Shown: positions 1 through 8,702 of the stretch, in pieces
Layout: every line of letters begins with the position of its first letter
Position numbering within the stretch: the first letter of the stretch is position 1
From: a virus
Taxonomy: Duplodnaviria; Caudoviricetes
Virus record (IMG/VR): IMGVR_UViG_2917802685_000001
Location: 64,001-128,000 of that record
DNA length: 64,000 bases
Direction: 5' to 3' (one strand)
Made by a program: the position numbers and the translations under genes
The notes under the pieces: generated by a model
What the model was told of the DNA's origin: nothing
The model's database searches: none
Seen by the model: the letters and a program-made list of their open reading frames with translations, nothing else

Positions 1-792
1 GCCACCACCACCAAGACCATCCCCACTCAGTACCAGAGCGCCATGGACGACGCCGACGCGATGAACTGGGACGTGGTCTGCAGCGACACCAGCGTCAAGC
101 TCACGCCGCCCAACGCGAAGAAGGGCGACCAGATCGTCCTGCCCCTGACGAAGCCGCTGGCGCCGCCGCAGCTGCGCGTGACGCTCGTCGACAAGGGCTT
201 CGTCGCGGCGGTGCAGGCGTGGGAGCGCGAGCAGGGCAAGGGCGAGCCGGAGCCGCAGGCCGAGGAGAAGGCCACGGCGGCCACCAAGCCGGAGAAGCCG
301 GTGCGTGTCTGCAAGTACTGCGAGGAGGACCCGGAGGTCAAGAAGCCCTTCTCCACCACGCACCCCCCGGCGCTGGGCGTCCACCAGCGCCACAAGCACG
401 GCATCATGGGCGCCAGCTCCGAGGCCATCCGCAAGCGGGGGGAGACGGCCGCGAAGAAGGCCGCGAAGAAGGCTCCGGCGAAGAAGACCACCCCGGCGAA
501 GAAGGCCGCTGCCGTCACCGCCCCGGTGCCCGCCCCCCGCGCGGCCGAGCCGGTGAAGAAGCAGGAGCCGCTGGTCAACGTCTCCGGCCTGCCCGTCTCG
601 GTGGCCGCGCCGCTCGGCGAGCTGCTCAACGCCATCAGCGCCACGAGCGGCGACGCGGCCGACCTGCAGAAGGAGGTCGGGACGCTGCGCGACTTCCGCG
701 ACAAGGTCGACACCCTGGTCCACGACGGCAACCAGACCCCGCTCAAGGCTCTGGCCGCCATCCAGGACCTCGTCCAGGAGACCAAGAAGTAG
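1..792 (+). CDS. 5'-truncated protein with C2H2-like Zn finger and histone-like AKKA repeats (probable DNA-binding protein)
   Basis: Frame open from base 1; CKYC...HQRHKH; AAKKAAKKAPAKKTTPAKKA. Confidence 0.6.
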   Translation, partial: ATTTKTIPTQYQSAMDDADAMNWDVVCSDTSVKLTPPNAKKGDQIVLPLTKPLAPPQLRVTLVDKGFVAAVQAWEREQGKGEPEPQAEEKATAATKPEKPVRVCKYCEEDPEVKKPFSTTHPPALGVHQRHKHGIMGASSEAIRKRGETAAKKAAKKAPAKKTTPAKKAAAVTAPVPAPRAAEPVKKQEPLVNVSGLPVSVAAPLGELLNAISATSGDAADLQKEVGTLRDFRDKVDTLVHDGNQTPLKALAAIQDLVQETKK

Positions 793-821
793 CTCCTGAC
801 CTGCGCAGAACACCCTCATTC

Positions 822-850
822 TTGCAACGCATCGAGTGTTGCTATAGAGT
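822..850 (+). promoter_or_regulatory. Palindrome promoter copy 1 (17-bp spacer)
   Basis: TTGCAA-c-GCATC-gagt-GTTGC-ta-TAGAGT. Confidence 0.65.
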
Positions 851-893
851 GGGGGTGTTCCGTTTGACCGCCGCAAACAGGAGGAGGCGTCCC

Positions 894-1415
894 ATGCCCG
901 CCGCCAGCACGACGCGCCCCCAGGGTGGACGCAGGACGAGCGACCCCGACCCGTTCAACGTCGACATGACCGAGGTCCCCATGACCCCGGCCATGATCGC
1001 CCTCCACGAGGTGGGCAAGCTCCGCGCCCGCATCCTGGAGGTGGACCACTACCTCGAAGAACTCGTCCTCGACGGCACGGAACTCACCCTCGCCGAGGGC
1101 CAGACCGCCACCCACACCATGCGCGCCCAGGGCCGAGGGTTCAAGTGGCGCATGCAGCTCAACCGCCTCCTCAAGGGCAAGCGCGGCATCGACCCGGCCA
1201 AACTGAACTGGCGCCACCGCACCAGGGACCTGGAGCCCGAAGAGGTCCCCGCATACATGAGCGAGGAAGTCCTGGCGGCCATGCGCGACCTCGTCGAGCC
1301 GCTCTACGCGATGATCCAGGACCCCTCCGAGCAGCGCGAAGAGCTGTACCCGGCCATCCACGAGCGCACCAAGCCCGCCATCGAAGGCCACACCATCCAG
1401 GCCAAGGCCAGCTGA
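894..1415 (+). CDS. hypothetical protein
   Basis: AGGAGG RBS, ATG at 894, GC3-biased codons. Confidence 0.7.
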   Translation: MPAASTTRPQGGRRTSDPDPFNVDMTEVPMTPAMIALHEVGKLRARILEVDHYLEELVLDGTELTLAEGQTATHTMRAQGRGFKWRMQLNRLLKGKRGIDPAKLNWRHRTRDLEPEEVPAYMSEEVLAAMRDLVEPLYAMIQDPSEQREELYPAIHERTKPAIEGHTIQAKAS

Positions 1416-1527
1416 ACGAAACAGCGCCCCCGGCAAGGTCCCTGTTCCGGACCCCATCGGAGGCGCTGTAGTGACACGACCGTCGCCCCGGATTTCCCGC
1501 CTAAAGGAACACAGAGCACGAGGGAAC

Positions 1528-2556
1528 ATGTCTGCCAACCAGCCTACCGTGACCAAAGCCGTGGTGTCCTACACCGGGACCACCTGGAGAACTCGCGCCG
1601 CCCAGGCCGACTGGGACAGGCTCATCACCGACGGAATGATCTACCTCATCGCCATCGGGGGTTTCTACGTCGGCTATCAGACCCTCTACGCCATGGCGCT
1701 CAAGGTCGGCATGCCCGCCGACCAGGCCGCCGTCGTCTCCGCCATCGCCGACATGGCGATCCTTGCCTACTCCCGCAAGGCCGTCCAGGAGATCAAGGAA
1801 GGCCGCTCCGCCTGGGGCATCCGGACCATCGTCGCCGCCGCCTCCCTGGCCACCTTCTCCCTGCAGCTGCGCGCCGCCTGGCCCCACCCCACCAGCCTCG
1901 GCTTCCACGGCCTCGCCCCGGCCGCCTGGATCCTCGGCCACGAGATGATGCTGCGGGGTCGCCTGCGCACCGCCAAGGCCGCCCGCCGCGCCGCCCAGAT
2001 TGCCGCCGGACTCCGTCCCGCCCCGCTCCCGGCCATCCGCCCGGCCTGGTGGCTGCTGGCCCCCTTCAGCACCTTCACCGTCTGGCGCCTGGTGAAGCTG
2101 TGGGAGAAGTCCCAGGACTACGTCATCCGCATCGAGGCCGCCCGCCGCAAGGACAAGGGCAAGAACGTCCCCCGCGCCTGGGAGGGCTACCTGCTCACCA
2201 CCCAGACCCCGGCCGCCGCGTCCGCGCTGGTGCTCCACGAGATCTGCACTGCCTTCTTCACCCCCGAGGACCTCTTCCCCGAGCCGGGATGGGTCCCTCC
2301 GGTCACGTCCACCCTGTACCGGGAGTCCGACCCCGCCGAGAAGGTCCCGTCCTCCGAGGTCGACGCCCTCCTGCGCATGCTCCCGGAAGCCCCGGCCAAG
2401 GGCCGCCCCGAGGACAAGGCGATCGAGTACATCCGCCGCGTCGAGAACCTCGCCGCGCAGCGCGACATCAAGATCACCGGCGTCTTCCTCGCCGAACTCC
2501 TGCAGGTCGACGGCACCCGCATCTCCAAGCTCCGCAAGATCATGACCACCCCCTGA
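1528..2556 (+). CDS. DUF2637-type membrane protein (typical of actinomycete mobile elements), possible C-terminal HTH
   Basis: About 4 TM segments, then IRPAWWLLAPFSTFTVWRLVKLWE; C-terminal LAELLQVDGTRISKL. Confidence 0.7.
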   Translation: MSANQPTVTKAVVSYTGTTWRTRAAQADWDRLITDGMIYLIAIGGFYVGYQTLYAMALKVGMPADQAAVVSAIADMAILAYSRKAVQEIKEGRSAWGIRTIVAAASLATFSLQLRAAWPHPTSLGFHGLAPAAWILGHEMMLRGRLRTAKAARRAAQIAAGLRPAPLPAIRPAWWLLAPFSTFTVWRLVKLWEKSQDYVIRIEAARRKDKGKNVPRAWEGYLLTTQTPAAASALVLHEICTAFFTPEDLFPEPGWVPPVTSTLYRESDPAEKVPSSEVDALLRMLPEAPAKGRPEDKAIEYIRRVENLAAQRDIKITGVFLAELLQVDGTRISKLRKIMTTP

Positions 2557-2575
2557 TAGGCCGATAGAGTGAACC

Positions 2576-2617
2576 AGCAGGGCCCGGATGAGCGTGACGG
2601 CTCATCCGGGCCCTGCT
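2576..2617. terminator. bidirectional hairpin terminator
   Basis: 18-bp perfect stem AGCAGGGCCCGGATGAGC/GCTCATCCGGGCCCTGCT between convergent genes. Confidence 0.75.
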
Positions 2618-2623
2618 CTCGTC

Positions 2624-2974
2624 TCAGTAGCTGTACAGGGCCCGGTCCGAGGAGTACAGGTCGTCGGCCACCGTGGCGAGCAGATCATCGCTACGCCCCT
2701 GGTCGCACGCGCTGCTCAGACCGGCCTCGAAGTCCTTGATGGTGCTCGTCGCGGGCGCCCGATCCCCCTCGGTGCCGTCCGTGCCCTTGGCGTTGGTCAG
2801 CAGCTCCTTGGCCGCGTCCCACCGCTGACTGTCACTCAGGTCACCGGCCCAGTCCGAGCACGACTGCGCCCCGTACGGAGCCGACGAGCCCTTGTCATCA
2901 CCGGAGCCGCTGGAACACCCGCTGGCCGCCAGCACCACGGCGACCGCCCCCAGCAACAGACCCACTCTTCGCAT
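2624..2974 (-). CDS. lipoprotein
   Basis: MRRVG + hydrophobic stretch + ASGC lipobox. Confidence 0.75.
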   Translation of the reverse strand: MRRVGLLLGAVAVVLAASGCSSGSGDDKGSSAPYGAQSCSDWAGDLSDSQRWDAAKELLTNAKGTDGTEGDRAPATSTIKDFEAGLSSACDQGRSDDLLATVADDLYSSDRALYSY

Positions 2975-3028
2975 CAGGTACCCCTCCCGGCCGGGCCTCC
3001 CCGGCCCGGCGCGAGCTATTCAACCGCA

Positions 3029-3877
3029 TCAGGCCCGCTCCAGTTCGCCGAATGGGCTGGGGGAGAGGGCGACCATGTCCGGCTTGATGCCGGGCGGCAG
3101 TTCGGGCGCGTCCGGGTCCGGGCACGCGAGCGCGACCAGCACCGTGGCGTGCAGGATGGTGCGCGGCGTGGTGTTGGAGTCGAGCCGGTTGCCTCCCTGG
3201 CCGCCCCGGCTGCTCACGCGGCTCACCAGCAGCGGCCCCCGGTCCTCGAACGACTGCGGCGGCCGGTGGGTGCGCACCGGCAGATACGCCTTCACGGCTG
3301 CCCGCACCTCGTCGGGGAACGCCAGCGGCCGGGTGCCGCCACCCTTCTGCCAGACGGTCGCGACCAGGCGGTGCTGCTCGAAGGCGAGGTCCTGCACGGT
3401 GAGTTCGATGATCTGCCGGGACCGCAGTCCGGCCAGCATGAGGTACATCAGCAACCGGTCGCGCTCGGGGGTCTTGCCCTCCAGCCGGTCGGCGGCCCAC
3501 CGGATCAGCTCCATCTGCCCCGGCGCGAGGCGCTCGGTGCGGGGGGCGTTCCACGCGCCGGTGCCCATCTTGGGGTGCACCGGTGTGGCCACGGCGTGCC
3601 CGAACTGGATGGCGTAGGCGTAGAACGCGCCGACGGCGGAGACCCGCAGGGCCCGGGTGCGGACCTTGCCGCCCTTCATGTCGAGCCAGGTGACGACGTG
3701 GGAGGGCTGGGCGCGCCAGGCACCGATGTGCACGGTGTCCTCGATGAAGTCGAGCCAGTTCGTGACGTGTTCGGCGTACCGCTCGGTGCTGGTGCCCTGC
3801 AGGAGGCGTCCCTGCTTGCCCCGCCGGTCGGGGTTGGTCTCGTCGAGCCAGGTGGTGAGCACGGTGCGGGCGTCCAT
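3029..3877 (-). CDS. tyrosine recombinase-like protein (XerC/D-like), apparently lacking HxxR and catalytic Tyr
   Basis: RDRLLMYLMLAGLRSRQIIEL box I and QKGGGTR present; ends IKPDMVALSPSPFGELERA. Confidence 0.7.
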   Translation of the reverse strand: MDARTVLTTWLDETNPDRRGKQGRLLQGTSTERYAEHVTNWLDFIEDTVHIGAWRAQPSHVVTWLDMKGGKVRTRALRVSAVGAFYAYAIQFGHAVATPVHPKMGTGAWNAPRTERLAPGQMELIRWAADRLEGKTPERDRLLMYLMLAGLRSRQIIELTVQDLAFEQHRLVATVWQKGGGTRPLAFPDEVRAAVKAYLPVRTHRPPQSFEDRGPLLVSRVSSRGGQGGNRLDSNTTPRTILHATVLVALACPDPDAPELPPGIKPDMVALSPSPFGELERA

Positions 3878-3899
3878 GGCGCACCATCCTGGCACGTGC

Positions 3900-4229
3900 C
3901 TACGACAGCGGGCTGGTGAGTGCGGTGCGGGCCTTGCGGATGGCGGTGGTGGGGTCGGGCCAGCAGAAGAGCCGGTCGACGGTGAGGGCGCCGATTGCGT
4001 CCTGCCAGCCCTCCAGGGTCAGGGCCAGCCCGCCTCCGCGTCCCATCGTGGACACGGCCCATCCCTCCCCGTGGAGCAGGGACTGACGGCGGACGATCAG
4101 GGTCTCTCCTCCGGCGTCGGGGAGGAGGACGCGGTACTCGGTGGCGTCGGCGGCGAGGGCCTGGGCTTCCTGCAGTTCGTGCTGCAGGCGGGCGATCTCG
4201 GCGTGGAGGTCGGCGGGGGAGTCGGGCAT
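3900..4229 (-). CDS. hypothetical protein, probably leaderless
   Basis: TAGAGT -10 (4242-4237) 7 nt upstream of ATG at 4229. Confidence 0.65.
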   Translation of the reverse strand: MPDSPADLHAEIARLQHELQEAQALAADATEYRVLLPDAGGETLIVRRQSLLHGEGWAVSTMGRGGGLALTLEGWQDAIGALTVDRLFCWPDPTTAIRKARTALTSPLS

Positions 4230-4266
4230 GTCGCTCACTCTACGGTCGCGGCGCTCCAGACGGGCA

Positions 4267-4390
4267 TCACTTTATACAAAAGCCCAGCCCTCACCCCGGG
4301 AGCGGGAAGGGCTGGCGTAGTACCGAAAGTGCGGGGCGGCGCCGCGCGCGTGCGGGTTGGAGGGTGGTGTCCGGCTTTTGTATAAAGTGA
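4267..4390. repeat. 18-bp perfect AT-rich inverted repeat with 88-bp spacer
   Basis: TCACTTTATACAAAAGCC (4267-4284) / GGCTTTTGTATAAAGTGA (4373-4390). Confidence 0.85.
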
Positions 4391-4537
4391 CCACATCTAC
4401 GTGGAAACGCCGGATGACCTGGGGTGCTGCAGGAGGGTTCGGCGGCTGGCGGGCCGCGTGGCGGATACCCCGATCCTGCCACGGCCGCCACCGCGAAAGC
4501 CAGCAGCGCCGCACCCCGTTTCGCTACGCTCCCCCAC

Positions 4538-4948
4538 ATGCGAAGCACCGAGCCTGACCAGCCCCTGGACCCCGACGACCTCGGCCCCGAACTGCAGGAA
4601 GCCCTGCGCAGGATGAGCGCGCGCGGCGACGGCCCCGTGATCGACCTCGGCACCGGCGCCATCGTCGCCAAGGACGGCCACCTCGTCGGCGACCTCGTCG
4701 CCTGCCGCGAATGCGCCCGAGCCGTCGCCCTCGGCTGGTGGGGCAGCACCGCCCGGCACTGCAGCGACCCGGACTCCCCGGTGTGCCAACTGTGCAGTGA
4801 AGGGGAGGCGACCCTGACGGCCGAGGCATGGTTCGCACTGACACTGCAGCTGACCATCCAGAACACCGCGAGCGGCACCCGGCGCACCTGGCGAGACGAC
4901 GCCATCAAGGGCCTCGGCGCCATCGCCATGCCCGAGCCGCCGGGGTGA
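4538..4948 (+). CDS. hypothetical Cys-rich protein
   Basis: CREC, CQLC; TACGCT -10 just upstream of the ATG. Confidence 0.6.
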   Translation: MRSTEPDQPLDPDDLGPELQEALRRMSARGDGPVIDLGTGAIVAKDGHLVGDLVACRECARAVALGWWGSTARHCSDPDSPVCQLCSEGEATLTAEAWFALTLQLTIQNTASGTRRTWRDDAIKGLGAIAMPEPPG

Positions 4949-4973
4949 CACGCAACGATTGGTGCGATAGAGT
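4945..4973 (+). promoter_or_regulatory. Palindrome promoter copy 2 (17-bp spacer; leaderless target)
   Basis: GTGACA-c-GCAAC-gatt-GGTGC-ga-TAGAGT; ATG 6 nt downstream. Confidence 0.75.
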
Positions 4974-4979
4974 GGGCGC

Positions 4980-5312
4980 ATGAAGCCGTTGAGCGAGCCC
5001 GACTACCAGCTGTCCATGCGCACCAGCCCCCGCGCCCGAGCCGACGAGCGCAACCAGGGCTTGCGCTCCCTGCTCGTGCACCGCCTGCGCGACGCCGCCA
5101 AGGCCGTCGTCCGGCTGCCGAACAGGACCAGCATCGCCACCGCCCACTCCGGGCGCTACACCGTCCACTGCGAGACCGACAACATCTGGTTCGGCCTGCC
5201 CGACTGGGGCGAGGAGATCGAGTGCCCCGGCGAGTGCGGCCAGATCTTCGCCCTGGAGTTCGCCGTCTTCTCCGCCGTCCCCGCCCCGGCCGCCGGAGCC
5301 GCCGAGGGCTGA
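4980..5312 (+). CDS. hypothetical protein
   Basis: ORF directly after promoter; CPGEC. Confidence 0.65.
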   Translation: MKPLSEPDYQLSMRTSPRARADERNQGLRSLLVHRLRDAAKAVVRLPNRTSIATAHSGRYTVHCETDNIWFGLPDWGEEIECPGECGQIFALEFAVFSAVPAPAAGAAEG

Positions 5313-5475
5313 CATGACGGTCCCGCCGGGCAACTCCGGGGCGGGGGAGGGGAGAAGTCGGCGGGACCTGGGAAGCGTGTACCCGGGTCCCGCCTCTTCA
5401 TGCACACGCGAAAGACCCCGCCCATGCGCCACGGGGATGAGACGCAGGAGCGGGGCCGTATCGGGGCGCTGCGGG

Positions 5476-5856
5476 CTAGCGCCGCGCGGTGGACCGGGCA
5501 GCCCAGGGGAAGCCCTTGGAGCCCTTCAGGCGTGCCTCCATCAGGCGGTCCCAGTAGCCGTGGGGCCTGCCCAGGCGGTCGGCCAGGTCCTCCAGCTGGT
5601 TGGCCTCGATGTAGCGCTTGCACCGGGCGCACGCGTACCACTGCTGGGCGTGGTGGGGGACCTCGATCTCGATGCCGTCCGCCGGGTTCACCCGGGGGAA
5701 CGTGACGTGGCCAACCGGGTAGGCCCAGACCATCTCATCGTCGCTGCACCAGTTGCAGCCCCTGGGAGGCCAGCTCATCGGGAACTTCGCGATCAGAGGG
5801 TGGTACTTACGGGCGGGGGACGGGTCCATGGCCCGACGATACCGGCTGAGAGTCAT
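5476..5856 (-). CDS. hypothetical Zn-binding protein downstream of tgmB
   Basis: CNWC and CARC; starts 5 nt after tgmB stop. Confidence 0.6.
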   Translation of the reverse strand: MTLSRYRRAMDPSPARKYHPLIAKFPMSWPPRGCNWCSDDEMVWAYPVGHVTFPRVNPADGIEIEVPHHAQQWYACARCKRYIEANQLEDLADRLGRPHGYWDRLMEARLKGSKGFPWAARSTARR

Positions 5857-5861
5857 CTGCT

Positions 5862-6812
5862 CTACGCCCCCTCGGTGGTGGTCGGCGGGTTGGTCAGCCA
5901 GTCCGCGATGGCCTGGGAGATCGGCGCGCCGGTGGTGATCTCCACGAAGCCGAACTGGCCGTTGGCGTTGGCCTCCAGGAACCAGAAGGCGCCGTCGGCG
6001 TCGATGGCGAAGTCGACGGCCGCGTACACCAGCCCGGCCGCCGCCATGTAGCGCAGCGCGGCTTTGCGCACCTCGTCCGGGATCGGCTGGATCTTCCACG
6101 TGCACTGCTCGACCGGCAGGAACCGCCAGTCGAGCGTGCGGTCCTGGGAGGAGATGAAGCAGGGGAACATCGTGTCGCCCACGACCGTGAGCCGGACGTC
6201 GGCGACCTTGTCGACCTTGTCCTGCAGGCACGTGGGGGACGCGGCCACGCCGGAGAAGTCGGCGTCCCGGGGGACCTCGCACGTCGACATCGTCAGCGGC
6301 GGGTCTTCGGGGTGGCGGCCGGAGATGGACTTCACGATGACCGGCCCGGCGCCGGAGGCGAACCGCTCGGCCGCGACCGGGTCGGTCGTGATGAGCGTGC
6401 GGGGAGTGCGGAAGCCCGCCTCCTCGGCGGCGCGGAGCTGCCAGACCTTGTAGTGGGAGCGGTCGATGGCTTCCGGGTGGTTCATCCACGGGAGGTCCAG
6501 GGCGCGGAGCGTGCCGTAGAAGGCGCGCTCGCTCTCCAGGGAGACCCAGTCCTTCTGGATGGTCGCGAGGTGGCCGGGGGGGCCCGGACGGCGGCGCCAT
6601 ACCGAGCGGATGCTGGACAGCTTGACGCGGCGGTGCTTGGTGGCGATGTACCCGGCCACCCCACCGCCCGCATCGCTGCGGGCGGTGAGGTCCACACGGC
6701 CAGGGAAGTGTTCCGGATCGACACGCATCACCGGAGTACCTTGCGCGGTGAGGCGGGTGATCACCATGTCGGCGGTGACGTCTTCCTCGGACGTGAGGAC
6801 GAGGACGGTCAT
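5862..6812 (-). CDS. tgmB: ATP-grasp RiPP maturase (graspetide synthetase, SAV_5884/TgmB type)
   Basis: VLVLTSEEDVTADMV, SVWRRRP, WMNHP, K.WQL..A...GF.TP.TLIT, DVRLTVVG, WFLEANANGQFGF. Confidence 0.9.
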   Translation of the reverse strand: MTVLVLTSEEDVTADMVITRLTAQGTPVMRVDPEHFPGRVDLTARSDAGGGVAGYIATKHRRVKLSSIRSVWRRRPGPPGHLATIQKDWVSLESERAFYGTLRALDLPWMNHPEAIDRSHYKVWQLRAAEEAGFRTPRTLITTDPVAAERFASGAGPVIVKSISGRHPEDPPLTMSTCEVPRDADFSGVAASPTCLQDKVDKVADVRLTVVGDTMFPCFISSQDRTLDWRFLPVEQCTWKIQPIPDEVRKAALRYMAAAGLVYAAVDFAIDADGAFWFLEANANGQFGFVEITTGAPISQAIADWLTNPPTTTEGA

Positions 6813-6813
6813 G

Positions 6814-7032
6814 TCAGTCGTCGTCGTTGTGGGTCGCGCTGCCCGCCGTGCTGGTGGTCGTGGAAGTGCCCATCAGCAGCGGGAGGTTGTCGGCGGCCCG
6901 GGAGCCGTCCGTGAGCACGTTGACCTGCTGCTTGCGGTCGTAGGAGAAGGGGGCGACAGGGTGCGCCTGGCGGGGCTGGGCGAAGCCCAGCGCGAAGGGG
7001 GCGCTGCGAGGTGCCTGGAGCTGCGTGGTCAC
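6814..7032 (-). CDS. tgmA: ATP-grasp-modified RiPP precursor (72 aa)
   Basis: GGAAGGA RBS + GTG; PFAL, YDRKQQVNVLTDG leader; core GTSTTTSTAGSATHNDDD; abuts tgmB. Confidence 0.88.
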   Translation of the reverse strand: MTTQLQAPRSAPFALGFAQPRQAHPVAPFSYDRKQQVNVLTDGSRAADNLPLLMGTSTTTSTAGSATHNDDD

Positions 7033-7213
7033 GCGAGATCCTTCCGTCGTGCCGAGGGCAGGCATGGCCGCACTCGGCCCTGTGAGTAGTCGGTTGACTA
7101 CCGGCGGACATGACTGTAGTGACATTTTCTCTCTTTGACTACGGGGCAGGGGAGTTGGGCTGCTGTCCGCCGGTCCCGTTTCGGCCATAGGGGGTGGAGA
7201 GAGGAGCCCCACC

Positions 7214-7462
7214 ATGCCGCCACGCGCCAAGAAGGCCGTCCGTACCGAGATACGCCTCCCCGTCTTTCCTGAGCGGACCTGCCGCGAGCCGGTCGCCGGA
7301 GAGTTCGCGATCCACTCCTGCGAGGTCGTCGAGGGCCACCTGGGCCCGCACGCCTCGCAGTCCGTGGCGAAGTCGATCGAGCTGCGGCTGACGTGGGAGA
7401 ACAGGAACCTCGACAAGCTGGAGCCGACCGACGCGTCCGACCCCTTCGCGAGCACCGTGTGA
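7214..7462 (+). CDS. hypothetical protein
   Basis: GAGGAG RBS; C...C....H.GPH pattern. Confidence 0.6.
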   Translation: MPPRAKKAVRTEIRLPVFPERTCREPVAGEFAIHSCEVVEGHLGPHASQSVAKSIELRLTWENRNLDKLEPTDASDPFASTV

Positions 7463-7656
7463 GCGGCTCTGGAGCGTTCCCGCCGCCCCCGGCGGCCGAT
7501 CCGTCCACCGCCCTCCACGACAGCGCCGTGGCGGCCCTGCAGCGGCTGCACAACTATCTTGCTGTGAACCGGCCGAGGGCGCTTGCGGCGGCCGACGGCG
7601 GCGACGCGGTCGACGTGGCGCTGCAGCTGCTGGACCGACTGCCGCCGGAGCGCTGA
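7459..7656 (+). CDS. hypothetical protein
   Basis: GTGA overlap with upstream stop. Confidence 0.5.
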   Translation: MSGSGAFPPPPAADPSTALHDSAVAALQRLHNYLAVNRPRALAAADGGDAVDVALQLLDRLPPER

Positions 7657-7839
7657 GATTTCGGCATATGCCAACTCAGAGAATTCTCGCGTGACTTGAG
7701 AAAATGTCACTCGATCGGGTGCATACTGATCCCACTTCGGCCTCACGGTCGGAGAGCCACACCCCCGAACAGCAGGTGCGGTGCCTGCGGCCTCCGCCGC
7801 CGTGTCCGCTGTAGTGGCTGTCGTCGTCATGTGACACGT

Positions 7840-7873
7840 AGGGCCCCTCTCCACCATCCGGGAGAGGGGCCCT
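7840..7873. terminator. hairpin terminator
   Basis: AGGGCCCCTCTCC/GGAGAGGGGCCCT 13-bp stem just past the stop of 7889-8599. Confidence 0.65.
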
Positions 7874-7888
7874 GCTTGCTGCCTGCCG

Positions 7889-8599
7889 TCAGGAGCTGTG
7901 CGCCCGGCGCGCCAGCCGCGCCAGCGGGTGTTCCTTCGAGGCCCTCTTCCACTCAGGGAAGTGCTCCCCGAACACCTGGTCGACCTTCGAACTCTTCCCC
8001 AGGGTGATCTTCACGGCGTAGCCGCCCCTGGAGATCTCGAAGGGCCGCGACAGCTTGGCCAGGTAGTCCACCCGCGTACCGGCCGGGGCCTGGGCATCGA
8101 AGTACGCCGGGAGCACGAAGTTCGACACCGACACCGTCTTACCGCCGACGTGCACCACGTACGCGGTGTCCTCGACCGCGTCGCACGCCTCGTAGGCGTA
8201 CAGGCCGTCGCCGCCGTCGGACGCCCACAGCTGGACGTGCGGGTCGACGAACGTCTCCAGGACCTCGTGGCTCAGGACGGCCGACACGGACAGCTCGCCG
8301 TTCAGGACGGTGCCGCCGTTGTCGAGGACCGGCGAGGCGAAGACCTTGCCGTAGACCGTGCCGTCGGCCTCCTCGGAGTGGTAGCCGAGGGCGTCGGCCT
8401 GGTCGGCGTTGTCGTAGAGGCCGATCGCGTACGACCCGGCGGGGACGGCCGCGCCCTTGGGCAGGAGCACGACGCTGGCCGTCTTGGAGCCCCACGCCGG
8501 GGCGACGTCGTAGCGGACCTGATGGGCCACAGCGCGCACCATCAGGGCGGCGTCGGCGTCGGTCACACGGGTGGAGTGGTTCTGGACGACCACGAACAC
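7889..8599 (-). CDS. putative zincin-like metalloprotein
   Basis: LGYH, SHEVLETFVDP, YEACDAVE, VSNFVLP. Confidence 0.55.
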   Translation of the reverse strand: MFVVVQNHSTRVTDADAALMVRAVAHQVRYDVAPAWGSKTASVVLLPKGAAVPAGSYAIGLYDNADQADALGYHSEEADGTVYGKVFASPVLDNGGTVLNGELSVSAVLSHEVLETFVDPHVQLWASDGGDGLYAYEACDAVEDTAYVVHVGGKTVSVSNFVLPAYFDAQAPAGTRVDYLAKLSRPFEISRGGYAVKITLGKSSKVDQVFGEHFPEWKRASKEHPLARLARRAHSS

Positions 8600-8702
8600 A
8601 AGAAGCCTCCTGCAGAGAGGGGACGGGCCCTGGGAGCAGGCCCTTCATCCCCTGGGGGCCTCTGCAGGAGGCGACACAGGTAAGAGAACGATGAAAACGC
8701 GG

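Noticed and set aside
2565-2570. TAGAGT hexamer (also 52467-52472) as regulon copies
   Set aside because: No GCAAC-N4-GTTGC dyad or matching -35
6814-7857. 347-aa ORF as one protein
   Set aside because: Only the last 72 codons have an RBS and TgmA features; the upstream part overlaps + strand genes
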